The notes under the pieces are model-generated. The model was not told where the DNA came from. It did no database searches and worked only from the letters and a program-made list of their open reading frames with translations. The translations under genes and the position numbers were made by a program. Positions 14,786-23,093 of a stretch of 25,411 nt of DNA are shown one piece after another. Within the stretch, counting starts at the first letter, position 1, and every line of letters starts with the position of its first letter. The stretch comes from a virus (Duplodnaviria > Caudoviricetes), in the IMG/VR virus record IMGVR_UViG_3300048577_000152, positions 1 through 25,411 of that record; one strand, given 5' to 3'.

Positions 14786-17419
14786 TCACCTCATTGTTTC
14801 ATTGCCGTATTCTTTGACCACTTCCGCGTCCAGATACCCGACAATGCTTCCTTCGTCCACCATGCCCGAAAAGACAAATAGGAAATACCGCGCTTTCTCC
14901 CGCGCAAACATACCAAGGTACACGTCTTTATAGCTGCCGTCCTTTATTATCCGGAAACCCCTCACCGGCTTGAAGTTTACCCCGTCGTTGCTGTCAAGCA
15001 GGCATACTTCCGCCTTTCCTGATGGATCACCGTTGTTCATGTTCCGGAGCGATGCACGCAGGAACAAGCGCTCCATCCTTTTTTTGTCGGTGGTTTCAAA
15101 CCTTAACGGACGGGTCACCACGCACACATCTGAAGCGGGAGATTCCGCCTGCGAATAGTCTTTTACGCCAACACCATCCAACACGTACAAGTCGGGATAG
15201 GTGTTTTCCACCACACCCTGCACCCGCTCCGTGCACAAATACCACAATTTTGAAGTGGCATTGTAAACAAAACCGAACGCATACTCCGGGTTGACAAGCA
15301 CCACCTCGTTTTCACCCGCATTGTAAAAGATGTATCCCACACCCTGCAGGTAATCGGACAAGTTGGCCGTATAACCCAGAGCCGAAGACACACGGGATCC
15401 CACCACACCCCCGACGGACATGGGCTCTTTTTTTTCATGGAGATCCGATGACAGCAAAAGCACCTCCTGTCCAGATATGACACATACCCCACGCTTGGAC
15501 AAGAACACCACGCCAAACGGTGTGGAAGACACCACGCCCGAAAGCGGCATTTCATAACTGGTCGGGGATGAATTGGAATACACCGCCGAATCGCCAACCG
15601 ACATGGAGTATATGCCCTGCGTGGTGCCCACGTACAGCGGGTATTCGCCGAACTGCCCCTCCGATATGCGTATGGCGTTGGAAGCCATGAACAAAATGGC
15701 GCCGTTGCCCGCCTCGTAGAAATTTTTTGACAGGAAAAGGAACGGGTTGTCAAGTTCGGAAACTTTCATCTTTGACGGATAATCCACCACCAGGGCAACC
15801 GGATCCAACAGCACGTCGGTGGAAAGCGCACCTTCAATGTCAACAGGCGATATATTGTACACAGGATCGTCCGGGGTGGACACCGAATAATTCACATAAT
15901 ATGAAATATTCAGGTAGTTGTGCGGTTTCAGCGTAAATTCAAACAATTTCCTATAAGATCCGGCGGACAGCTTCCTATACAAGACCATTTTCGAGGCTCT
16001 CGTGTCAGGATAAGAAAAATACGCCTGCAGGAAGAAAGCCTTACCGAACACGGATGACGAATACACCTTGCGCACGCCCGATGTGTATTTCAAATGCACC
16101 TCGACAAGGATCTCGTAATCCAAACCCACTACCGTAGCCCTTGACCCGTTGTACATGTAAGTGTACGGCACGGAACCTGTCAGGGCACCGTCCCCCCACT
16201 TGAAAAAGGCGCATGGATAACCCCCATACACGGTGGTCTTCAACGACCCCATGTGGAGCCGGTGGTTATACACGCTTGACACTAAACATCCTGTCTTGTC
16301 GTGGGAAAAACTGTCGTCGGACAACTGTTCCCCGTTCAGTATGTTCGACATGTCGAATTTGTATTCGGGCAACGAAACGGAAGCGGACAGGCTCGAAAGC
16401 TCTATGGATTTCACCAAATAAAAATTGGACGCCTGCACAAACGAGTCAAATGTATTTTTTTTTATATAAGGAACTATATTCTCGGTATACTCCACGCCGT
16501 GCCCGGCAGGGGTTATCGGAACTGAATTTTCAACGCTGGAGAAACCAAGCGCCGGAGACATGAATACATCCACCGACGTGATTATTTCCTTCCAGTCCTG
16601 TATGCCCGACAAGTCAAAATAAATCCTTGCAAAATAATATTCAAGGTACAATGTGATTTTTTCCTTCAGGGGGTTTTCAGGAGGATTATCGTTTGAATGG
16701 AGCCGTTTCATGTATCCTATGTTACCCTTTGGCATCAGTAGGATCACCGGGGAATGCTTTGAGTAGCTTCCATCATAAAGCCTGTAGGCAAACCGGACAA
16801 GGTGGGCGTCAAAAAGAGCACCTGGCTGGGCAAAATAAGAAACCCCGTTCAGGGTTCCGCCCGAAACAACAACGTCCAGCATGTGGTTGACGGCCGCTTT
16901 CACGGACGTATTGAACTCGGATATCTGTTCCGCCGAAAGTATCTCTATACGCCCCGTCCCATAAAGTTCCGAATATTTCATCGAAACCGTTTCGGATTCT
17001 TCGGAATACAAATACCTGAATGGTATCTCCGGCATTTCCCCCAAAAAATTATAAGCCCCCCCGACATACAGCGCATACATGACGGTATATGGCGTGACAA
17101 ACGACAATATATTTCCAACCTGCTGCACCGAACTTATCCGGCCAACACCGGACCGAACCAAAACGGCAGTCCCGTCTATGCCCGAATACACGCTTGACGT
17201 GTCCCCTGCATGTTTCACCCCTATCCAGTTTTCATAGCCCGAATTCTGGTGCACGAACACGATGTCGTAAACTTGCCCCAATTCTTTCACTTTCTTGCGC
17301 GGGGCTACGGCTTTCAATACCCCGTCTTTCGGGCGGGCGTTCAACAGCACCCTGCATTCGCCGTCGGCGTGTGAGTCCCGTGTAGTGATTCCGGTAAAAG
17401 GTACTTTTATCCTTGCCAT
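14786..17419 (-). CDS. Tail nozzle / 'stabilization' protein (P22 gp10 / T7 gp12-like beta-propeller) (877 aa)
   Basis: N-terminal PFTGI...DGECRVLLNARP, beta-rich repeats (YNHRLH, SEGQFGEYPLYVGTTQGIY, STPFGVVFLSKRG) and C-terminal VVTRPLRF...KKRM. Adjacent to the portal. Confidence 0.75.
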   Translation of the reverse strand: MARIKVPFTGITTRDSHADGECRVLLNARPKDGVLKAVAPRKKVKELGQVYDIVFVHQNSGYENWIGVKHAGDTSSVYSGIDGTAVLVRSGVGRISSVQQVGNILSFVTPYTVMYALYVGGAYNFLGEMPEIPFRYLYSEESETVSMKYSELYGTGRIEILSAEQISEFNTSVKAAVNHMLDVVVSGGTLNGVSYFAQPGALFDAHLVRFAYRLYDGSYSKHSPVILLMPKGNIGYMKRLHSNDNPPENPLKEKITLYLEYYFARIYFDLSGIQDWKEIITSVDVFMSPALGFSSVENSVPITPAGHGVEYTENIVPYIKKNTFDSFVQASNFYLVKSIELSSLSASVSLPEYKFDMSNILNGEQLSDDSFSHDKTGCLVSSVYNHRLHMGSLKTTVYGGYPCAFFKWGDGALTGSVPYTYMYNGSRATVVGLDYEILVEVHLKYTSGVRKVYSSSVFGKAFFLQAYFSYPDTRASKMVLYRKLSAGSYRKLFEFTLKPHNYLNISYYVNYSVSTPDDPVYNISPVDIEGALSTDVLLDPVALVVDYPSKMKVSELDNPFLFLSKNFYEAGNGAILFMASNAIRISEGQFGEYPLYVGTTQGIYSMSVGDSAVYSNSSPTSYEMPLSGVVSSTPFGVVFLSKRGVCVISGQEVLLLSSDLHEKKEPMSVGGVVGSRVSSALGYTANLSDYLQGVGYIFYNAGENEVVLVNPEYAFGFVYNATSKLWYLCTERVQGVVENTYPDLYVLDGVGVKDYSQAESPASDVCVVTRPLRFETTDKKRMERLFLRASLRNMNNGDPSGKAEVCLLDSNDGVNFKPVRGFRIIKDGSYKDVYLGMFAREKARYFLFVFSGMVDEGSIVGYLDAEVVKEYGNETMR

Positions 17420-17427
17420 CCCTTGTT

Positions 17428-19503
17428 TCAGTTAAGTTGTTGCGGTTGGGGTTGCGATAGCCCGGCTTGTTCAAGAACGTACTGCTGCACGTCGGGCGAC
17501 AATTGTGCAAATTGCTCCTGCACTTCCGGGGAAAACTGGTATCGGGCCAATCCTTGTTGCAAATCCTGCGGCATCGGCGTTCCTGAGTAAGGCTGGCCTT
17601 GCGCCTGCGCCTCCTGCATCTTTTGCTGGCGTTCGTTCATGTAGTCCAGGATCTTGTCTTTCATCGGCAAGGCACCCACCTCTATCATGCCCCGGAAATC
17701 CAGCTCGTTGTTCACGTCGAATTTCTTCATCTGCATCATCACGTCGTTCACCATCATCCGGTAGGCTGGCGTGTCCGTGTTTTCCGTCAGGCTAAGCTCC
17801 GTGTCGATGTGCCTCACCCGGTCGGGATCCCACAGCAGCCGTTTTCCCGAATCCTTATCGAATATGTAACGCTTCTCGTTGTAGTACTGCTGCATGAGCT
17901 GCACGTTCATCTTGTCTCCCCGTTGACGGAATGAATTCATTGCATCAAACACCCCGTTCAGGCTGGCCACGCTGTTCTGGCTTTGCTGCGCGTACATCTG
18001 GGCCGGAGTCCCAGAATTGGGTTGCGACCCCTGCAATGCCCCGTACACTCCGGATATGTTTTCCGACAGTTTCATATACATGTTCACCACGTTCAGCGGC
18101 GTGAACGCCTGTGCTATCGTGCTTTGGAATTCAGGTTTGGCAGGCGTGCCTTGCGACTTGTACGGGATGATGGCGTCGTATTTTGTAGAACGCCGTTCTA
18201 TTTCCTCGATCCCGTACCCGTGTTCCTCTGCAAGCGTTTCCACGGGGAAGAACATCAGCGATTTCGCGCTGAACTTGGTCAGCAGTTCGGATATGGCCGA
18301 CAGCTTGTTCACCTGTTTGTTGGCATCAATGATGTCTTTCACGAACGGGTATATCTTCCCGATAAAGAAGTCGAACAGCTCGAACACGAACGGCTGTTCC
18401 CCGTGCCAGAATGGGTTGATCCCGTTGTCAAGCACCGTTCCCCACGGCGTAAGGTAATAGTACACCCAGTAGCTGTCCGTTGTCCATTCCCATTCCAGCA
18501 ACAGCATGTCTTCGGGGGCAACTCCCATCGCCGCTTGTTCCTTCACCCTGCGGGCGTTTTCATCTTTCAGGTCTTTTTCATCCACGCTGAAATCCGGGTA
18601 ATATTCCCCTTTCAGGTAGTCGTGCACCCAGTAGCATTCCTTCACTTCCTTCCGCCATACTTCCACCACCCGGCCCAAGCCCCATGCCTGCACGTCCACC
18701 GTAAAGAAGTCCTTTTCCAACCGGCGGTCGGTGAAGGTCTCCACCATCTGCATCGTGCGTTCGCTGGAAGTCTCGGGAGCGTACATCGCACGGATCTTTT
18801 CCGCACGCACCTTGCTTCCCTTGGCAAACTTGCCTGCTATCTCCTCCACCGGCATGTCCCAGAAGCAGCCAACCATTGAGCAGTCCTTGTACCGCGGGTC
18901 TTTCATCGTGTTGTCCACGAAAAACGTGAAAATGTCCACAAAATCCTCCGCTATGTCCGAATCCCCGTCCCGGTTCACGTAGTGGTGCTTTGTCACGGCT
19001 ATGCCGGAGATAAGTATCTGGAGTAATTGCGCGGCTGTCAGTTTGCGCAGTTCAAGCTTGCGGTACACGGAATGAAGCGTGGCTGTCAGTATTTCGCTTT
19101 CCTTCTGGTTCTCGTCTATCTGCGCCACCACGGTCGGCAATGTCTTGCTGCTGCTCCACACGCCGTGGATGGACCGCAATATCCCCCGGATAATGTTGTA
19201 CTGGCTCGGGATAAGCCCCTGCAGCATGAACATCTGCCGCTCGCTCATCCATGTCCCGCTTTCCTGGTCGAACACCTTGTCAGCGTGCTGGTCTCCGAAC
19301 ACAAACTCCTCGTTGCGCCGTATGTCTGTCCTAAGCTGCGACAGAGACATCCACGAATGGTAACACGACAGCAGTAGGTCCGTGTTTGTCGCAAAACCGT
19401 CCGCAACCTTTTCGGAAGAGCGCATGTCCTTCCTGCGGGAATCCTTGGCCGCTTTCCCGTATTTCCGGTTGTATTGGTCTATTATCCGTTTGTTGCTTTG
19501 CAT
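17428..19503 (-). CDS. Portal protein, P22-like with Gln-rich C-terminal barrel (~691 aa)
   Basis: EEFVFGDQ, YNIIRGILRSIHG, LLQILISGIAV, PFVKDIIDANKQVNK, SENISGVYGALQG, QQYYNEKR and a Q-rich tail. Start 19503 is chosen from promoter symmetry; 19509 and 19533 are alternatives. Confidence 0.85.
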   Translation of the reverse strand: MQSNKRIIDQYNRKYGKAAKDSRRKDMRSSEKVADGFATNTDLLLSCYHSWMSLSQLRTDIRRNEEFVFGDQHADKVFDQESGTWMSERQMFMLQGLIPSQYNIIRGILRSIHGVWSSSKTLPTVVAQIDENQKESEILTATLHSVYRKLELRKLTAAQLLQILISGIAVTKHHYVNRDGDSDIAEDFVDIFTFFVDNTMKDPRYKDCSMVGCFWDMPVEEIAGKFAKGSKVRAEKIRAMYAPETSSERTMQMVETFTDRRLEKDFFTVDVQAWGLGRVVEVWRKEVKECYWVHDYLKGEYYPDFSVDEKDLKDENARRVKEQAAMGVAPEDMLLLEWEWTTDSYWVYYYLTPWGTVLDNGINPFWHGEQPFVFELFDFFIGKIYPFVKDIIDANKQVNKLSAISELLTKFSAKSLMFFPVETLAEEHGYGIEEIERRSTKYDAIIPYKSQGTPAKPEFQSTIAQAFTPLNVVNMYMKLSENISGVYGALQGSQPNSGTPAQMYAQQSQNSVASLNGVFDAMNSFRQRGDKMNVQLMQQYYNEKRYIFDKDSGKRLLWDPDRVRHIDTELSLTENTDTPAYRMMVNDVMMQMKKFDVNNELDFRGMIEVGALPMKDKILDYMNERQQKMQEAQAQGQPYSGTPMPQDLQQGLARYQFSPEVQEQFAQLSPDVQQYVLEQAGLSQPQPQQLN

Positions 19504-19509
19504 TTTCAT

Positions 19510-19530
19510 CAAAATAAGACCAAAAATGCA
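19510..19530 (-). promoter_or_regulatory. Putative late promoter for the portal operon (TGCATTTT-N4-CTTATTTTG)
   Basis: The motif ends 6 nt before ATG 19503, and a mirror copy lies on the other strand at 19590-19611. Confidence 0.55.
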
Positions 19531-19589
19531 CATTTATTCAGTCTTTGCGTACCCACGATCACATTTTAAAACACAGGTGCATACACACT

Positions 19590-19611
19590 TGCATTTTCTT
19601 TCCTTATTTTG
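19590..19611 (+). promoter_or_regulatory. Putative late promoter for the terS-like gene (TGCATTTT-N5-CTTATTTTG)
   Basis: The motif ends 6 nt before ATG 19618. Confidence 0.55.
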
Positions 19612-19617
19612 CGCATT

Positions 19618-19902
19618 ATGCCACGACAGAAAGGAACATCCAAGACGGGAGGCCGCAAAAAAGGGACACCGAACAAGACAACGGCGGAGCTCAAAAGCTG
19701 GGTCTTCCAGTTCGTGACCGACAACCTCGAAGAGTTCAAGAAGCAATTCAAGGACCTTGACAAGGAACAGCAGATCGTCATCGTCATGAAACTCCTTCCA
19801 TACATCCTCCCGAAACAAACGGAGAACAAGATCTCCCTCGACGAGGAACTGTCAAAGGCTGTCAAGGAGAGCATGGAAAAGGTAAACCAGCTCTTCAAAT
19901 AA
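19618..19902 (+). CDS. Putative terminase small subunit-like DNA-binding protein (94 aa)
   Basis: N-terminal KGTSKTGGRKKGTPNKTT motif plus KLLPYILPK, a pattern common in phage TerS-like proteins. Divergent from the portal. Confidence 0.6.
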   Translation: MPRQKGTSKTGGRKKGTPNKTTAELKSWVFQFVTDNLEEFKKQFKDLDKEQQIVIVMKLLPYILPKQTENKISLDEELSKAVKESMEKVNQLFK

Positions 19903-19950
19903 TCCATCCAGACTTTTTTTCATGTATTTTTAATATAAGGTTATGATTCG

Positions 19951-19987
19951 ATTCCCCTTGCATGCGACATGTAGGGGGAATTTTTTT
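19951..19987 (+). terminator. Rho-independent terminator after the terS-like gene
   Basis: attccccttgcatg-cga-catgtagggggaat forms a 14-bp stem with two G-U pairs, followed by a T run. Confidence 0.75.
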
Positions 19988-20029
19988 GTCCAAATACTTT
20001 CTGTAATGTTAAAAACCACACCTTCCTTA

Positions 20030-20071
20030 AAAATATATGCTTAAATATTTGCACACATAAAATATATGCTT
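20030..20071 (+). repeat. 13-bp direct repeat AAAATATATGCTT overlapping the promoter (candidate operator)
   Basis: Copies at 20030-20042 and 20059-20071. Confidence 0.65.
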
Positions 20072-20079
20072 TATATTTG
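20048..20079 (+). promoter_or_regulatory. Bacteroidota housekeeping-sigma promoter (-33 TTTG, -7 TAnnTTTG)
   Basis: TTTG 20048-20051, 20-nt spacer, TATATTTG 20072-20079: an exact consensus match upstream of ATG 20131. Confidence 0.85.
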
Positions 20080-20130
20080 TAGCATAACAAATAAAACTGG
20101 CGGCAACAGTTTAATACGGCAAGAAAAATT

Positions 20131-20520
20131 ATGGAAGTCACAGCAGAAAATATTTTCGGTTTATTCGAAGATCTGAACAACACTTTTGTCGGTGTGTTTC
20201 AAGAAAAGCAAGAAGAAAACGGTAAGATCACGAGACGGTTTTACCACGTCTATGAAGATTTTTTAGGAATTGAAAAATCAAAGACTGAATTTCATGGAGA
20301 TCTTGAAGGCTTTGAGTGGAGAGCCGTGGAGCTAACTTTTAGAAGACAAAACAAACTTGTTAATGAACTTGTAGATTGGGTGCAATATGCACCAAACAAA
20401 GATAGGCAAGGCTTGATGTGGTCAATTTTCCAATACTGGGAAACTGTTGATGAACCAAGAAGGCACAGCCTGATTGGTGAATCATGGGTTTCATCTAAAA
20501 TAATAGAGAACTATGACTGA
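20131..20520 (+). CDS. Hypothetical protein, first gene of a moron (129 aa)
   Basis: ORF behind a consensus promoter, with an AT-rich leader and an 8-nt overlap (ATGACTGA) with the next gene. Confidence 0.8.
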   Translation: MEVTAENIFGLFEDLNNTFVGVFQEKQEENGKITRRFYHVYEDFLGIEKSKTEFHGDLEGFEWRAVELTFRRQNKLVNELVDWVQYAPNKDRQGLMWSIFQYWETVDEPRRHSLIGESWVSSKIIENYD

Positions 20521-20728
20521 ACTTGAAAACATCAAGCAATTCTTTGACAATCCTATTGTCAAAGATTGCATTCGAATAGAAAAGGTGGAAAGGACAGCCG
20601 GTATCCCTATCCGGTCCCTTTACACCTTCGTGAAAGGATACAAGTACAGGTATCTTTCACAGGAACAAATTGACAAGCTTATCCCGGTCATTGTCCGGCT
20701 GGGATACAAGCCTCTTGATAATCATTAA
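20513..20728 (+). CDS. Small XRE-like helix-turn-helix protein (71 aa)
   Basis: IRIEKVERTAGIPIRSLYTFVKG..RYLSQEQIDKL fits an HTH pattern. Confidence 0.7.
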   Translation: MTELENIKQFFDNPIVKDCIRIEKVERTAGIPIRSLYTFVKGYKYRYLSQEQIDKLIPVIVRLGYKPLDNH

Positions 20729-20756
20729 TCAATCTAAATATTTATTCCACGCACAC

Positions 20757-20791
20757 AAGGGTAGCTCAGTTTTGAGCTACCCTTTTTTTTT
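20757..20791 (+). terminator. Rho-independent terminator closing the moron
   Basis: aagggtagctca-gttt-tgagctaccctt is a perfect 12-bp stem followed by a T run. Confidence 0.92.
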
Positions 20792-20993
20792 CTGCCAAGC
20801 CTATAATCCTATCAACATTCACTTGAATTTTTCTATTTGTTTCTATTTTAGATATTATTTCAAAGTTCCGTTTTTCCTTCATCATTCAACAAACTGTACA
20901 TCAATAAAATAAAGCATATCGTTTATTTCTTAGCAAAGCTTCGCACCCCTTCAAACAACAGTTTCTTCCCAAGGAAGCGAATATTTCATATCC

Positions 20994-21028
20994 GCTTCCT
21001 GTTGGGAAGTATAGGACAAGCTGCCAGG
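20994..21028 (-). other. Candidate nick site/origin for the adjacent Rep_trans-like protein
   Basis: Minus strand GGCAG-CTTGTCCTATA-CTTCC-CAACA-GGAAG forms overlapping alternative hairpins in non-coding DNA just downstream of the rep-like gene. The function is inference. Confidence 0.35.
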
Positions 21029-21057
21029 CATACTGTTTCCGCCTAACATTTTGGCAC

Positions 21058-21088
21058 AAAAAAAATCTCCTTCTTTCGAAAGAGATTT
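21058..21088 (-). terminator. Rho-independent terminator of the leftward early/middle operon
   Basis: Minus strand aaatctctttc-GAAA-gaaggagattt gives an 11-bp stem with a GNRA loop, followed by a T run. Confidence 0.75.
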
Positions 21089-21223
21089 GCATCTGTGGCA
21101 CTTAATAAGTAGCCATTTTTTATGTTAAACTATTGGTAATCAATTGCAGTATTTTCAGTTACCTTTGTAAATCAATGCGTTAAGTTTGCCTATATGGGCA
21201 TTTTGCATAATTTCGCATAAACA

Positions 21224-22168
21224 CTATTTCTTAGCCTCTTCAAAAGTATTGTATATCAATCGTTTATATTCCCTCTCTTGCGGAGACACCACAATCTCGT
21301 ATTTATCCCCCGAAAGCTCAAAATCCCTTGCAAACTCCCGGATCACCCGGTATTGCTTTTGTGTAAGCCTTTTCGATTCAAAATCCTTCCTGGCACGCTC
21401 AAGATACTCGTCCAAGCCCTCATTCGCTATTTCCGTCGCCCGGTCGATCTCGCTTTTACGCGTGCCCATTTCGGCACGCACAGAGCGAAAAAAAAACAGG
21501 TCCTTCCAGTCGGTATAAAACCGTGTCACAAGCCTGTTTACATTCTGACTCGAGAAGAAACTGTCCGCCTTCTCGTTGTGGCGACGGAACACCGATTCCA
21601 CACGCAATATCTTTTGTTCGGACATTTCGCCGCCATCCTTCCGTTTGTCAAACATCTCCCAGGTCTTGTCGTATATCTTGAAGTACTTCCGGATATGCTT
21701 GTGCTTCATTGTCGTCCGCTGCCTGTCCTTCTGGAAATTCGCATCTACGAACATGTTCTTGTCCTTCAGCGACACATACCTAACTTGTTCGATGAACGTC
21801 AGCGGGTCATAGTTCACGTTCAGGTTAAGGCCGATCTCAAACTGTATTATACGCACCTTGCCCGGCACCAGACCGTTTACAAACAGCAGCATTTCGAAGG
21901 CAGACTTTGCCTCCGAGACAGTGAACAGGCTGTCGTTTCGCAGCTTGCCGTAATTTTCGTTGTACCAGAATTTGTGCAACGAAGTTTTCAAGGTCAACTT
22001 GTTTTTCTTGATGTTGACCTCTATCCCTTTGAACTTCGCATATTCGCTGCTCCGGTACTCCACCAGCGTGCCCGCCTCGTTCACCCATGTATGTAGCTTA
22101 TACAACCGTGCCAGGTGAACACATTCGTCATCGCTCACCGTAGCACGTATGGTTATTTTGTCAAACAT
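21224..22168 (-). CDS. Rep_trans/Phage_CRI-like rolling-circle initiator or nickase (314 aa)
   Basis: MFDKI start, SLHK, FEIGLN (equivalent to the RxDxAxD strand), KIYDK with the candidate catalytic Tyr, and LRVE. The motif order matches pT181 RepC / inovirus gpII-type initiators. Confidence 0.7.
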   Translation of the reverse strand: MFDKITIRATVSDDECVHLARLYKLHTWVNEAGTLVEYRSSEYAKFKGIEVNIKKNKLTLKTSLHKFWYNENYGKLRNDSLFTVSEAKSAFEMLLFVNGLVPGKVRIIQFEIGLNLNVNYDPLTFIEQVRYVSLKDKNMFVDANFQKDRQRTTMKHKHIRKYFKIYDKTWEMFDKRKDGGEMSEQKILRVESVFRRHNEKADSFFSSQNVNRLVTRFYTDWKDLFFFRSVRAEMGTRKSEIDRATEIANEGLDEYLERARKDFESKRLTQKQYRVIREFARDFELSGDKYEIVVSPQEREYKRLIYNTFEEAKK

Positions 22169-22171
22169 AAT

Positions 22172-23023
22172 TTATAAACCGCAGTGTCCTGAATCGCATT
22201 CGTCAAAATCATCAAATGACAATGCAAATGATAATTCTTGTTTTCTAATCCGTTGATATGTAATGCCATTTTTCCAAGTCCTGACATTATCCCCTGTATC
22301 TTTTTCTTGATCTTCAAACCATTCGAATTTGTTTGGATGTTCAATAGACATTAATTTTAACAACATCTCATTTCGGTTCGGGCACCCAACGCAATTATTA
22401 AACTTGGCAAATCTAACTGGTTTACCCTTCCAGAATTCTATGATATTGTCTTTAAATATACTGTCCTCTATAAGAGGAAATACTGGTTTTTCCCATCCGA
22501 TCATCTGATGTTTTTTATTGCCATTTTTATGAAATCCAACTATTGCATCAAATTCACATAATCCTTCCACATTCACCTTTGAAATCATATCAACGGCCCT
22601 ATTCTGCTCGTTCGCCCTATAACCTATCCTCACCTCAATAGGATTATCAAAGTTTTCTATCCACCAGTTGAAAATAGCCCTCAATTTCATTTCAGTCGTA
22701 CAAAAACGTTGGGTTACGTTCGGAAGATATTTTTTCTTTCCTCGCATTATTACCTCGTCAAACGTTTTGCCTGTAACCCAATGTATTTTTTGCCCAATAT
22801 ATTGTTCAAGGTCAAACATTGTATAGATAATCATGTCATCCTCAAGTGTCCCTATGAACTCGCATCCTATCCGGTCGCTGACCTCTTGCCTCAGTTTCGC
22901 ATCTGGAAACATGCACCGTTTGTCTGACGTCCGAACAAGGGAAAATACATTATAATCTGCTGGATAATGAGCAGCCAAATATGACGATGTTTTGCCACCA
23001 GATAAACTATTTACTGTTTGCAT
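22172..23023 (-). CDS. PAPS-reductase-like (PP-loop adenine nucleotide alpha-hydrolase) protein, probably involved in DNA modification (283 aa)
   Basis: SLSGGKTS PP-loop, RFCTTEMK, IGYRANE, FPLIE, NNCVGCP and C-terminal CDSGHC (possible Fe-S ligands). Confidence 0.8.
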   Translation of the reverse strand: MQTVNSLSGGKTSSYLAAHYPADYNVFSLVRTSDKRCMFPDAKLRQEVSDRIGCEFIGTLEDDMIIYTMFDLEQYIGQKIHWVTGKTFDEVIMRGKKKYLPNVTQRFCTTEMKLRAIFNWWIENFDNPIEVRIGYRANEQNRAVDMISKVNVEGLCEFDAIVGFHKNGNKKHQMIGWEKPVFPLIEDSIFKDNIIEFWKGKPVRFAKFNNCVGCPNRNEMLLKLMSIEHPNKFEWFEDQEKDTGDNVRTWKNGITYQRIRKQELSFALSFDDFDECDSGHCGL

Positions 23024-23032
23024 AAATATTTC

Positions 23033-23093
23033 TTAAAACTTAATCCTCAACTGCTTCGCAAACTCCCCGAACCTCTTTTCCTGCCGTTCCCAA
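23033..23093. repeat. 61-bp direct repeat, copy 1
   Basis: 57/61 identical to 23565-23625 by manual alignment. Confidence 0.95.

Noticed and set aside
13001-19377. Plus-strand ORFs opposite the structural genes (e.g. 13001-13771, 14227-14817, 17983-18879)
   Set aside because: Shadow ORFs of the adaptor, pilot, nozzle and portal genes.
20766-20885. 39-aa minus-strand ORF MMKEKRNFEIISKIETNRKIQVNVDRIIGL...
   Set aside because: It is short and ends inside the moron terminator. It could be a truncated gene remnant, but there is no independent support.
21278-22096. 272-aa plus-strand ORF
   Set aside because: It is antisense to the Rep-like gene, which has the convincing motifs.
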